DNA of 64,000 bases, from positions 33,513,475 through 33,577,474 of the forward strand of contig JARDVH010000154.1 in NCBI GenBank assembly GCA_030324005.1. The letters are read 5' to 3'. The position numbers and the translations under genes were made by a program. The notes below the pieces were generated by a model. That model searched no databases. It was given only the letters and a program-made list of their open reading frames with translations, and had not been told where the DNA came from. This document shows positions 12,135 through 24,611 of this stretch, piece by piece. Source of the stretch: Negaprion brevirostris. Its lineage: Eukaryota. How positions within the stretch are numbered: position 1 is the stretch's first letter; each line of letters opens with the position of its first letter.

Positions 12135-12954
12135 NNNNNNNNNNGCAGCACATTGAACCACATTAAAGCTTTCCCCTCGTCAGGTACCAAGTCTTAAGAG
12201 GGGATTTGTGGCCATGGACTTCCACTGGATTGGTCTATGATGATGCTTGGAAAAGTGTCTTCTGCAGTCTGTCTGACCAGGAAACTCTCTCTCATCCTTA
12301 CTGTCCATTGACATTGTTTATTGAAAGGATTCACAGGCTGATAATCAACTTGTTTGGCTACATTAAGAACATATCTTCTGTGTGCACAAAATCTGCTCTG
12401 ACACTCCAGTGCAGTCTTTTAGACGATACACCCCTTGCCCCTTGCCCATCCTACCTGCCCTACCCAGCCCAGAAAACAAAAGTACTGGCCCAAAAGCTGT
12501 TAAAATAATTTTACATACAACAGTTTGGCAGGTGTTGCATGAATTTAACAAACTTGAGGTTAAGCTGACGTTGATCAGCTCTTGCAGTGTTATTGCAGTC
12601 CCTCGGTTTACTACATTTTCACACGTTCCGGCTCTTCTGGAATCCTACATTTACTTGAAGTATTATAATCCATTTTTCCTCAGTCTCCAGGTATCTGCCA
12701 CCCAATTGTAAGAGAACAAAAATAGCCAGAAATAAGTTTTAGGCCTAGCCTGATGGAGTTTATGTTTCTTATGTTAGCTTATGTAGCATAGTTTCTCTTC
12801 ATTCTTTGATGGGAAATGGGTGTCCATTCCTCACTGGTCATTTCCGAGGACAATTAAGAGTCAACCACATTGTTATGGGTCTGGAGTAACCTTGTTGATT
12901 TTTTTACAGTGAATTGATATGCAACAAATGGGAGGTGGCGGTATACTTACAATA

Positions 12955-13355
12955 GAAACACAGAAACTAGAAGCAGGTGTAGGCCATTCGGCCCTTCAAG
13001 CCTGTTCCACCATTCATTTTGATCATTGAATTCAATATCCTGATTCCTCTTCCCCCATATCCCTTGATCCCTGGAGCTATATCTAATTTCTTCTTGAAAT
13101 CAGACAATGTTTTGGCCTTAACTATATTCTGTGGTAGTAAATTCCACACATTCACCAACCTCTGGGTGAAGAAATTTCTCCTCACCTCAGTTCTAAAAGG
13201 TTTACCCTTTATTCTCAATCTATGACCCCCTAGTTCTGTACTCCTCCATCATCCGGAACGTTCTTTCTGAACCTACCCTGTCTAACCCTGTTAGAATTTT
13301 GTAAGTTTATATGAGATCCTCTATCACTCTTCTGAACTCCATTGAATGTAACCCT
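12955..13355 (-). mobile_element. CR1 LINE 3' fragment
   Basis: ORF KGKPFRTEVRRNFFTQRLVNVWNLLP..FKKKLD plus the CR1 tail. Confidence 0.88.
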
Positions 13356-13887
13356 ACGTCACTGGACTCATGTTCTTGAGGCTAATGCTTTGTGGACATG
13401 GGTTCAAATCCCATCACAGCAATCAGAAGGGATTTTAACTTAAACTAATAAATCTGGGTAAAGCAAGTGTTAGTATTATTGACTATATTAACTGTCATTG
13501 AGTGTTGCAAAAAAAAATCTTTTACATTGATGTCCTTCAGCGAAGGAAATCTGCCATCTTTACCTGGTCTGGCTTACATATGACGCCAGAGCCACAGCAA
13601 TGTAATTGATTCTGAAATGGCCTTGCAAGCCACTTAGTTAAAGGACAATGAAGAAGGGGAGACAAATGCTGATCTTGGCCCACATCACAGGAAAGTGTCC
13701 CTGCTAGACCATTATTGCCCATCCTAATTACCCTTGGTGGTGAGCCATCTTCTTAAGCCTCATTCCGCACCCCCCCCCCCTTTCCCCCTCACACGGTAGG
13801 GTATACCTACTGTTCTGACATAGCGAGTCCAGGATTTTGTCTTAGGCTTTTAAATATTTCCTCCCTGCTGTGAAATTCTGTGATATG

Positions 13888-14098
13888 GAACTGGCCTTGG
13901 ACTTGGGGTGGGTGCAGCATGCAGTCTCACAACACCAGGTTGAAGTCCAACAGGTCTATTTGGAATTATGAGCTTTTGGAGCGCTGCTCCTTCCTCTGGT
14001 GAATGGACATCACCCGAAGACGGGGCAGCGCTTTGAAAGCTGGTGATTCCAAATAAACCTGTTGAACTTTAACCTGGTGTTGTGAGACTCCTTGCTGC
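13888..14098. mobile_element. Fold-back Penelope-type element, copy 2
   Basis: Near-continuous palindrome 13914-14098 of the same family. Confidence 0.8.
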
Positions 14099-15092
14099 GA
14101 GATTCAGCAGCATAAAACTCTTGTCAAAACAGCATTGCACATGGGGAGAGAGAGAGAGTGGAAATGAATGGGTTAACTCCCAGATCCGCCTCTCTCCCCA
14201 GTCAGCATGTTCTCATTGTGAAGCGACAGACAGGGAACATTGCAATTCTGACCACATCCTCCTTGGCAGATGGAGCTGCAATGTTCTCAATAACCGTAGA
14301 TTTATTTTCTCCGAGCTGAACAAGGGAAATAAAAGACAATTTGAATTCATTTGGGACTAAAAGAAAGTTAATAAAAATGCAACGTTCCCGACTGGAGAAA
14401 ATCTCCGCCGGTGTAACTTCTTCTCCTCGCTCCCCTCTCACGTTTTGAGGACAGAATCTGTCTTTCATTTTCCGCTTTAAACAGGAAACATTTTTTTCTC
14501 TTCCAAAACTCGTGTATTTCCTCCAGTGAGCTTACACTCGCACAGTCAGCTTTACAGCAATTTAATTCAGTGTGCAGTGGGTTTTTATCATGGGTTCTGA
14601 TGAAATACACAGTCACAGAACTGAGTTGGAGCCGGGATTCCGTTGTGCCCTGCAGGTAGGATGGGCTCCTTCCACATGTCTCTCTCTGGCTGCAGCGTTA
14701 CACAGACTCCAGGTCCAGCGCTTTGTGCGAAATCCCGTCCAAGGGCGACATCGCCTGACTAATTCAGAAATAGCAACTGAGATCCAGTTCACTGTAGGTC
14801 GCTGCAGATGGAGGTTACTTTTACCAGATTACATTGCAGAGGTGTGAAACCCGCAGTCCCCTCCTAAACATCCCCAGTCAGATTGTATTAACATGAAAAA
14901 AATTTAAAAATTAGGTGAAGAAAATAAACAAGAGGACTGCATGCAACAGATCAGAGTCATATTTGGACTAAATGTTAATTCTCTTGCTCTCCCTCCACAG
15001 ATGCGACCAGACCTTCTGAGCTTTTGTCCCCCAATATTTTCTGTTTTTATTTCAGGATTTCAGCATCCACAGTATTTTCCATTTGATAAATT

Positions 15093-15397
15093 ATAGAAGC
15101 CCTACAGTGCTGCAAGGGGCCATCCGACCCATCGAGTCTGCACCAACTCTCTGAGTGTACCTTACACAAACCCTTTCCCCCACTCTATCCCCATAAGCCC
15201 ACACATGTAATCTATGTAACCTACACATCCCGGGACACTAAGGAGCAATTTAGCGCGGCCAATTCACCTAAGCTGCACATCTTTGGACTGTGGGAGGAAA
15301 TTTGAGTAGGCGGAGGAAACCCACGCAGACATGGGGAGAATGTGCAAACTCCACACAGTCACTTGAGGTCAGAATTGCTAACGACGGTGCTACCATG
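15093..15397 (-). mobile_element. HE1-type V-SINE
   Basis: Reverse complement of the V-domain and CR1-type tail. Confidence 0.85.
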
Positions 15398-17862
15398 ATT
15401 TTAATTTAGGAATAAAGGACAAGTCACTTCACAGTTTCAAACGCTTACTTTAATGAAAATCATCATTCTCAAAATAAATGAGTAATATCATTGTATCATA
15501 GATTCTCCGGTTCAAGGTGCACGTTTTATGGTCGTAACCATTATAACATCAGTGATTCTGAATCTGCATTAGAAACTATTGTTGAATTATGGGAACAAAA
15601 GCCACAAAAATGTTTTAATTGCAGGTATCTTAAATATTTCAATTTTAAGTGACAATTCAGAGTTGATTTCATTTTTTTTCAACTGATGGATAAATATATT
15701 TTGCTATGTTGGATTCTCCTGTTGCATCAGCAAGGGAGTGTTCAGCAAGTTTTTAAAAACTTTACAGTTTAGATTGATGTTGTTTCATGTGTGGAATTAG
15801 GCCAAGTCTCAACTTATATAACAGACTGAAGTCGGTGTTGGAGGGATAGGTGGAGTCATTGGCTTTTCCTTGTGCTCACCTGGTCTGAAGGCACTTGATT
15901 GTCCTCAAACATCAGAAAAAAGATACAGAGAAGACTTCTCCATTTGTTATTTCTGACACACTCTTCCTATGTGCTGGGATGCAGTTTGCTGAGGTTGACT
16001 TTCAGATTGTCTTTATATCCAAGTTAATGTCCTGTGGCTGCAGCATATTGCCTTTGGTATCCCGCAATGCTCCACCTGAACCACACCATTGACCCATTTG
16101 CTGCCAGATATACAGCAGAGAAGTTGTAAGGTGTTAGTTTTTTTTTTACATGATGCAACTCAGTGATGCATGTATATTTGTAATAAATGCAAATTATATA
16201 TTCATGGGACTGAAAATTATTTGACTTCAACACTGCCTAAATTACAAAGAGGCCATTTCATTTAAATAATATTGGTAGGGACGGAAGCCACGAGGGACAC
16301 ACCTCAAACACTTACCTGTCTGGAGTTCTGGGGCTCCATACTTAATCTGTATATGCTGCAACTTACCCATTGACCCTATCTTTCAATAAGTATAGTCTAG
16401 TGTCCCAGCCAAAACCATAGGTGGACTCCACATTTACTGTTTGGTGAACTGTACAACTACAGTAAGATCCTTGTTACTGAAGGGGCTAACTTGAGTTGAG
16501 ACATTTCCCACCTCACTGGATCTTACTCAACATCTTAAAGGATAGAGTTAGGTCCATTGACCTGAGAAATGGAGCACAGGCAACCATGGGGGTGGGTAAA
16601 CATGAGGTGGGCAAATTAAAAGGAACGCAAAGATTTTAAATCTCAAGTGCTTAACCTATTAGAAAAACAAACCTTTTTTCAGATCCCACATCAAAGACAA
16701 CTAATCCTTTAACAGCCTCTTTAAATTGTTAATCAAGTTCTGCAGTCTCATTACACTGTTGAGATTACAGTAACTTTTGCAACTCAGACAAGCATTCCTA
16801 ATGCACAATCATGTCCCTTGGGAAAATGTTAACAGAACTCTATTGAAACTTCACAAACTTTGTTTTCTAAGCTGTAGATGGCCTGTCAGTGAAAGCAGGG
16901 AACCTCATCAGAACTAACTCACCAAAGGCAATGTAGTCTGTAGTTTAATTCAATGGACACTAGGACCCTGCAGTAGCCTGTTCAACTGAGTGCAGTTACA
17001 CATTTTCAGGAACAAAAAAATCAAAAAGGTCAAAAACCTTTAACATCTAGAAGATAGGACACTGTGAAACTTACTTTGTTCATCGTGGTGTCTGCTGCTT
17101 TTGCAAAATATTTTACACTTTTCATTGCCAAAAATGTTATATATTGGAACTTGTAAAGAGAAACTGACAGCAGTATGGCCATGCCACATGTTTAGTGATA
17201 GCATCACACACTTGACATGTATGTGAAGACATTGCAGTTTTCAGATGGCTTGAAACTGGTTTCAGATTCTGCTGCTGGTCTTTCTGTTCCTGTAACTGCC
17301 ACCACCTTTCAGTGGGAGGGGACATTTCCTTCCACGCAACTGTGATATGACATGACTCAGGAGTCAGCCAGCAGAATTTCCATCCTACCCTCCTTCATTG
17401 CCAAGACAACCCTGCTGGAAAACCCTGCCCTGGGGATAATCATTGGTAGCAATTCAACAAAGCCTTGAAAGATAACAAGCCTGAGACAGCAAGCAAGCCG
17501 TATAATACAAACAATATTATATTATTTATTCAGTTGTGCATATCGCTTGGCAGTTTCTTGAGTGATCCATAACCTTGTTGGAAGTCCAGGAGACCAGAGA
17601 TCGAAGGGAGAATAAAATCAGTATTTATATACAACCATTGTATCAAATTAGGCAGTTCTCCAGCCCCTCAATTTGCTCTTTTCCTATCACTGCCTAAGTT
17701 TGAATTGAGTTGCACCACACTCACCAAGTCGCCACAGTCTTTTTTTGTTTCAGTTATTCATTTTAAAACATGTAACAGCCATCAAGGGGGAATCAGTTGG
17801 CTAGATGGCTAGTGTGATGCAGGATAACAGCAACAGGGTGGGTTCAATCTCTGTGCTAGCTG

Positions 17863-18041
17863 AGATGTGGAGATGCCAGCATTGGACTGGGGTGGGCATA
17901 GTAAGAAGTCTCACAAATCGGTTGAAGTCCAACAAGGTTTATTTGGAATCCTCACCTGATGAAGGAGCAGTGCTCCGAGAGCTCGTGATTCCAAATAAAC
18001 GTGTTGGTCATTAACCTGGTGTTGTGAGGCTTCTTACTGTG
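17863..18041. mobile_element. Fold-back Penelope-type element, copy 3
   Basis: Same arms; core tcac-ctgatga-a-ggagc-agt-gctcc-gaga-gc-tc-gtga at 17952-17988. Confidence 0.8.
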
Positions 18042-18417
18042 CTGGCTGACATAATCCTTGAGGCCCATGTACTCGCCTTGCCCCACAGGCTCAAGCCATG
18101 ATTTACAACTTTTGGACAGTGAGGATGCTATATTAATGACCATTGTCCCAACTACTTAATGTGCTAAATGTGTTCCATGCTTATTTTGTCTAACATATCT
18201 CTGCTCATTCCTAAAATTATCAGTAAGTTGATGACTTCTGCCATCAGTGAATCTCCATCCAGTGGCAGTAACCTTTCTCCAGTTAAGAGATTAAAAACGT
18301 TGTCATTTTAAAATCTATTTAAATATTCTCTGTTCTAATGGAAATAATCCCAGTGTTTCAAGTTACTTTTAATAAAGCAATTCTTATCAACAGTATTGTG
18401 GTGCTACATCATACAGA

Positions 18418-18928
18418 GTCATAGAATCCTACAGTGCAGAAAGAGGCCATTCGGCCCATCAAGTCTGCACCAACCACAATCCCACCCAGGCTCTACCCCC
18501 ATATCCCGACATATTTACCTACTAATCCCTCTAACCTATGCATCCCGGGATACTAATAGGCAATTTAGAATGGCCACTCAACCTAGCCAGCACATGTTTG
18601 GATGGTGGGAGGAAACCCATGCAGCCACAGGGAGAATGTGCAAACTCCACACAGACAGTGACCTGAGCCAGGATTTGAATCCAGGTNNNNNNNNNNNNNN
18701 NNNNNNNNNNNNNNNNNNNNNNNNNNNNNNNNNNNNNNNNNNNNNNNNNNNNNNNNNNNNNNNNNNNNNNNNNNNNNNNNNNNNNNAGGAAACTGGAGCA
18801 CCCAGAGAAAACCCATGCAGCCACAGGGAGAATGTGCAAACTCCACACAGACAGTGACCTGAGCCAGGATTTGAATCCAGGTCCCTGGAGCTGTGAAGCA
18901 GCAGTGCTAACCACTGTGCTGCCCACCC
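18418..18928 (-). mobile_element. HE1-type V-SINE spanning an assembly gap
   Basis: Head, V-domain and tail are present; ~75 bp is duplicated across the 100-N gap. Confidence 0.85.
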
Positions 18929-20880
18929 TGGAACACCCACACGCACCCGCCCTGAACCAGTTACTGTGCCCCACACACCCCCCCACCCTGTACCACGTTG
19001 TTTTTGTTCTATAAAATCCTGAAACTGGCACAATATTCTAGCCATTACTTGGTTCAGATTTCAAAGAACAAGACTTAAAGCAATTTTATTAGGTTTACCT
19101 ACTTCCAAAATTTTAGGGAGTTATGCATTTCAGCTGCTAGACCTATGCTCATCCACATCCTTCAGCACCTTAAGCGTGAAGTATAGGCTCTAATTATTGT
19201 TTTGTTCTCTCAATATGCATTTCCTCCAGTTATAACTATCTATTCTACTAATCTACCTGTATCTTCAAGTAATTGACATTCCTGTTTGAAAACTCTGCTT
19301 GTGTCATCAGCAGATGTTGAGAGTCCAAAACCAACTCAAGTTAAAGATAATGATGGAGCCAGAACTGAGTATGTGGTACACCTCCTTCAGCTCTGTTCCA
19401 AAACTAATCAGCACTCACTTGCCAAACTGTTTCTTTTGTTGGTCAACCCCAATGTTTCCTTCGTGCTGCTGCTTTTTTCCTCTTATACATGTCAATTTGT
19501 TTAAACAGGATTCTAAAAGACACCTTTTAAATTCCTTCTACACCACTTTGACTGGACTGACTTTTAAGTTTTTTAAACACTTAAAACAAAATGCAACTAC
19601 GATGCGCCTTTTAACAATCAAAGTTGCTCAATGAGCCTGTTTACTCCTCCACATTGAAATGCTCCCGAACTTCAACTGCTGGGATTTTAAATTTAAGATA
19701 TTTCAAATTTAGACAAATTGGGCAACAGATAAAATCCTTACAGTAAATCTCTATTCTTTTGAATACATTGCAAACATTTCTTTTCCTCCAAGGAGCTCTA
19801 TGAAGTACAAATGTAAATGAAGAAATTATTCATTTCAATTGTTTAGTGCTAAATAAATTTGGTCAAAATTCTGATGTGATGCTTCCACTTTTTGTGGATG
19901 AGTGAAAGATCTGTTATAGGAATAGGGTCATTTCAGTAGTTAAGTCAACCAGCAAAAGTAGAAAGCAGAATAGTGAAGACAATCTCCACAGCAGAGTTAC
20001 AACTCAATGAGAATAATCAAGAATATAGAGTCTAAAAAAGAGCAAGGTAAGACCAACAGAAAGTGCTTTAAAAATGAAAATTGTTTAACACTTCAGAGTT
20101 GCAACATACATTCCTCTGAACTTCACTGCTCAAATTCTCCTGATTTGCATATCAAGTTTTTGTGCCAAACTTAACAAAAATCAAAATTCTAAGGAAATTC
20201 CCAGCACCCACTTTAGTGACTTCAATAAAGACTTGCATCCCTGTTAAAGAAACAGACCCTATGAGACGGTGGAATGGAAGCTGTTAAGCATCATCACTTA
20301 CTACACAGTAATTGTGCAACTGCAGCCACAATCCAGAGTCAGAGACTTACTGACACCAGGGTGAAGTGCAGCGGGACTCTTGATGAATAATGCTACTGAA
20401 TTTGGAAAAAGATACAAAAGCAAAAATATTCACACCAACGTTGAAGTTATCATAACATTTAGACTTGCTATGGACGTTGCTCATTTATATTCCTATCTTA
20501 AGTGAAGATATTGGTTACAACAGGAAGGGAGGAGAAATCATTCACCAGGTCATGTGTACTTAAAATCACAACATTATTTCTGAATGATAGGTAGACCATC
20601 CAGAACAGTTCTTGTTGCTGTGGAGTTGTTCAACAAGCAGCTGAGATCCCCAAATTCATATCAATAAAAACAAAGAATCTGACTGATGTTTGTGTGACCA
20701 TGCTGTGCACAAATTGGCTTCCATATTTCCTACGTTACAACAGTGACTAGAAGTAGTAGGCCATTTGGTCCTTCGAGTCTGCTCTGCCAGAATTTTTGAA
20801 GAGTAGAAGTCATGTGACACCAATAGGCAAGGATCTAAGGAAGTGAAAAAATAATAACCAAACAATAACTAGAGCCAAAG

Positions 20881-20935
20881 GCGGCACAGGGGCTCGCACT
20901 GTGCCAGTGACATAGCTTTGATTCCTGCATTGGTG

Positions 20936-20970
<35 letters not shown>

Positions 20971-21220
20971 AGTTTGCGTGTTCTCCCTGTGTCTGCTTTG
21001 GTTTCCTCAGTCCAAAAATACACAGGTTAGGTGGAGTGGCGATGCTAAATTGCCCCATTGTGCTCAGGGATGTGTAGGTGAGGTGGATTGGCCATGGTAA
21101 ATGGCGAAAAGGGTTATGGGGATAGAGTAAGGATGGGCCTGGGTAAGTTGCTCTTTCGGAGAGTCAGTGCAGACTCAATGGGTGGATTGACCTCCTTCTG
21201 CACTGTAGGGATTCTATGGT
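20881..21220 (+). mobile_element. HE1-type V-SINE containing (GT)n at 20938-20969
   Basis: V-domain plus tail gcagactcaatgggt..ctgcactgtagggattctatg. Confidence 0.85.
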
Positions 21221-24200
21221 TTAGGCCTCTAAAAAGCTGGAGCGCCCTTGAAGGTTTCACACCCACGGAGCCCTTAAACATGTGTAGAAGAACTTGAGGA
21301 GAAAAATAAAACATTTCACTCTAGTTCAAACAAAAATTGTCAATAGATTAAGAAAAACTTTGAAGGTAAAATGAACACTGTAAAATATAAAATAGGGAAC
21401 GAAATAACAGGCAAACCACCTGCTAGCCAAGACAACAAAAATGATGTGCAACTCAGAATGAGGATACAACAGAGGAAGGTCATCTACCACCAGGAGGGAT
21501 CTAGAGAAGGACTATCTTCCTGTACCCTATTCATACATGAAAACTAAACAAATAAAGTAACAATCTTACAGAAGATCTGTTTGGTTCAGACCTGGATATT
21601 AGTGTTTCCAGCTCAAAGTTTGAAAAGAAAAACCCTCGATGAGTAAAACTCAAACTATATGAACAAACACTGTACAAGATGTGAAACATTCATAACATTT
21701 AATTAAAAACTCTTAAAATGCACCAAATCAAAGATTTAGTTTTTTTTTACATTGTGGAAGTATGCAAACATCCTCAACATCATCCAATATTTCATATGGA
21801 CAAAGACATGAATAGATATATATAAAATGTCTATATATATTATAAAAAGACAGGTGCAGGTAATGGAGGAGATCCGTGCACAAAATCTGTACATTCTAAT
21901 TAGGATCAATCTAACGTAGTGACATAAATCTACAATTAGCCTCAACAGCCCTCACCCACTGTCCCCCACCCCCAAGTAAAAAGATATAGCTACACAGGGC
22001 ATGTACCATCCCAAAGTATAATTAATGGTGATTATTACCAGCAGCTACTCATTAAATCGGTTTTAGCAACAACAAAGATTCTCAGAACAGTCAGTGAAAC
22101 TATCTTGATTTGTTAAATAACATGGTGTTACTTAATTAATTGGATAGGATTTTTGTCAAAATACTTAAGCACAAAATAATCCAGGAAAAACAGCAAATTT
22201 CCTCAATTAATTTCTCTTTGGATTTGAGATAATTTCCAAGATTTTAACTTTTCACCTCTGCAAGTATTCTTAATTTCCCACTTTTCACGTAAGGTTTATA
22301 TCTGATTGTGAGCTGAACATTCTCCGTTTGAGGCGCCCAAGTTTAATTCTTTTCTTTTCCTGGCATTTTCTAACTAAGATATCCTATTCCACTGCACTTT
22401 GAGGTGAGGTGCGGTGCTCGAAGCAAACCACCATATCACACTGCAAAAGCAAACACAGTAGACTGCACAATGCCATTCTTACGGCTGTTCCTTCCTATTC
22501 CCTCATGTACCAAACCTGTCCACAAAGTTTTGAACACTAGCTGCTGTTTCTGCTGACAGAGGTTCACTTCTGGGAATCTGAAGTCATGGTCAAAGTGTGC
22601 TCTGAAAAGTAAGGTGATCGTGATACGGCCACCAGTGAAAGACAGCTTCTCGGATTTAAATTGGTCATCTCACAATGTCACTTAATGCTCTATTTCAAAA
22701 TAAAAAAAAGACTTATCCAAAGCTAAAAAAAAACAGGGCTTGATGATCACGTTAGTGCGACCTTCAGTCATCTGGTGGAAACAATACATCTTCCGCTGCT
22801 CTCACTACAATATCAACTAACACTTTGTAATTTTAATATCATTCCATTGCATTCCAAATTTACATTAACACCACAGATAAAACATCATGCTCCAAATCAA
22901 ACCAGCATCTAGTAGCTCATTCATATCATGGAAATCAATTGTAACTGAATAAATTTTGTACCACTATAAATAATTGAGTGCATGGGCTAGTCATAAAGAA
23001 ACAATGTGCTGGTTCTAAAAAAGTTACTTCTGAAAAAGGGGCCAGCGACTCGTGCACCAGATTAACAAGCAATCATTATGCTCAAGTGACCTTAAACTGT
23101 AGAGTCATTTAAAATAAACACATGCAGATCACTCTACCCTGAAAATAATCCATCTCCCCAGTTAGAATATTCTTACCAGTTGAACGTAGTGGTGAAAACT
23201 GATTACACTGGTCACAGCAGCTGAGTTAAAATGGTTAGTTTAGTCTTCCCAAAAGATTTCAAATACATTGATGTTCAATATAGAATTANNNNNNNNNNNN
23301 NNNNNNNNNNNNNNNNNNNNNNNNNNNNNNNNNNNNNNNNNNNNNNNNNNNNNNNNNNNNNNNNNNNNNNNNNNNNNNNNNNNNNNNNGTAGTGTCAATA
23401 TTGATGTTTCAAAGGATTGGATTTTTGTGGAAGTGGGAAGATCAAGCCAGGAAATACCCAGTCTCCTTTCAAAAGGCCCCAGTCCGGTAAGGCCTGGGAA
23501 GGGGGCAGGATAGAGTTGAGCCTGCCACCTCCAGAGGCAGGCTCAAGGCAGCAATGGAGACCAGCAGATGGGGACACCAGCAGGAATGCCTGTCTCAGTT
23601 TACTGGGACGTAGCATTGTATTAAACCCCCCCTCTCCCCTCCATATACCCCCATGCATCTATCCAAAACCACTCTTCTAGTATCCATCCTATTGAACACA
23701 TGAGCCACTGGCAAAATTGACAAGTCTCTGAAAATAATTCAGAAACTGAAACAATAAGCAGATGCTTTGCAAAGAAATTTCAAAAACAAAAGCTCAGCTC
23801 ACAACTTCTTAGAACTGACAATCAAGCAGCCATTCATAGTATAAATGTCAAAAGCTTAAATTCACTTCAGGACTTATTCTGATATAAACATACAGGCAAT
23901 GAAATCTTCAAGAAACTGCAAGATAATAAATGATGTCAAACAAAAACAGAATGCTGGAATATCTTAGCAGGTCTGACAGCATCTGTGGAGACAGAATAGA
24001 GCCATCGTTGAGTCAGGACGACCTTAGTCACAACTTATTTTACTCCTCCTCTCTGCAGCTACATGACATTGCTTGCTGCAATCCAAGCACGTTAGCCATT
24101 CTTGAAGCTCAGTCCGATGTTCATAAAGGCATTTGGAAACTTTTATCAACAAAAGCAGGTGAAAGAAATAACCATTTTATGAATGTCTGGTTGAGCTCCC

Positions 24201-24611
24201 AGAATGGCTAATACACTCAGCTCACAATAAGCCATGTTGAGACAGCTGCAGAAGGTGGCAGCAGTTGTGTGTGTGTTTTTTTTCCCCCCACTGATTATTT
24301 ACACAAGATTAAAGGTCAAGTAAATCAAAGCTCCAGACAGTGATCATATAAATGGCTGAGATTGATTGACTGACATCTTTATCAGAAGCTAAGAGGGCTA
24401 ATGTATTCCCATGGGAATACTGAATGGTTCTTTTTCTTATTTGATGACTCAGGGCTGGGATTCCCCAATGGTTGTCCTCCCTGAGACGCCATGAATATAC
24501 CTATTTCCAGAAAGGGCCCGACTTGGGGAAGGGGAGGGCATGAGGAGGGTTGAACTGCCCACCACAATAACGGATTCCACAATATATCTAGCAAGGGCTG
24601 CATATAGATAA

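Noticed and set aside
11799-18041. Recurring palindromes as a CRISPR array or miRNA hairpins
   Set aside because: Eukaryotic DNA; copies are dispersed and diverged with no repeat-spacer periodicity. Better explained as mobile elements.
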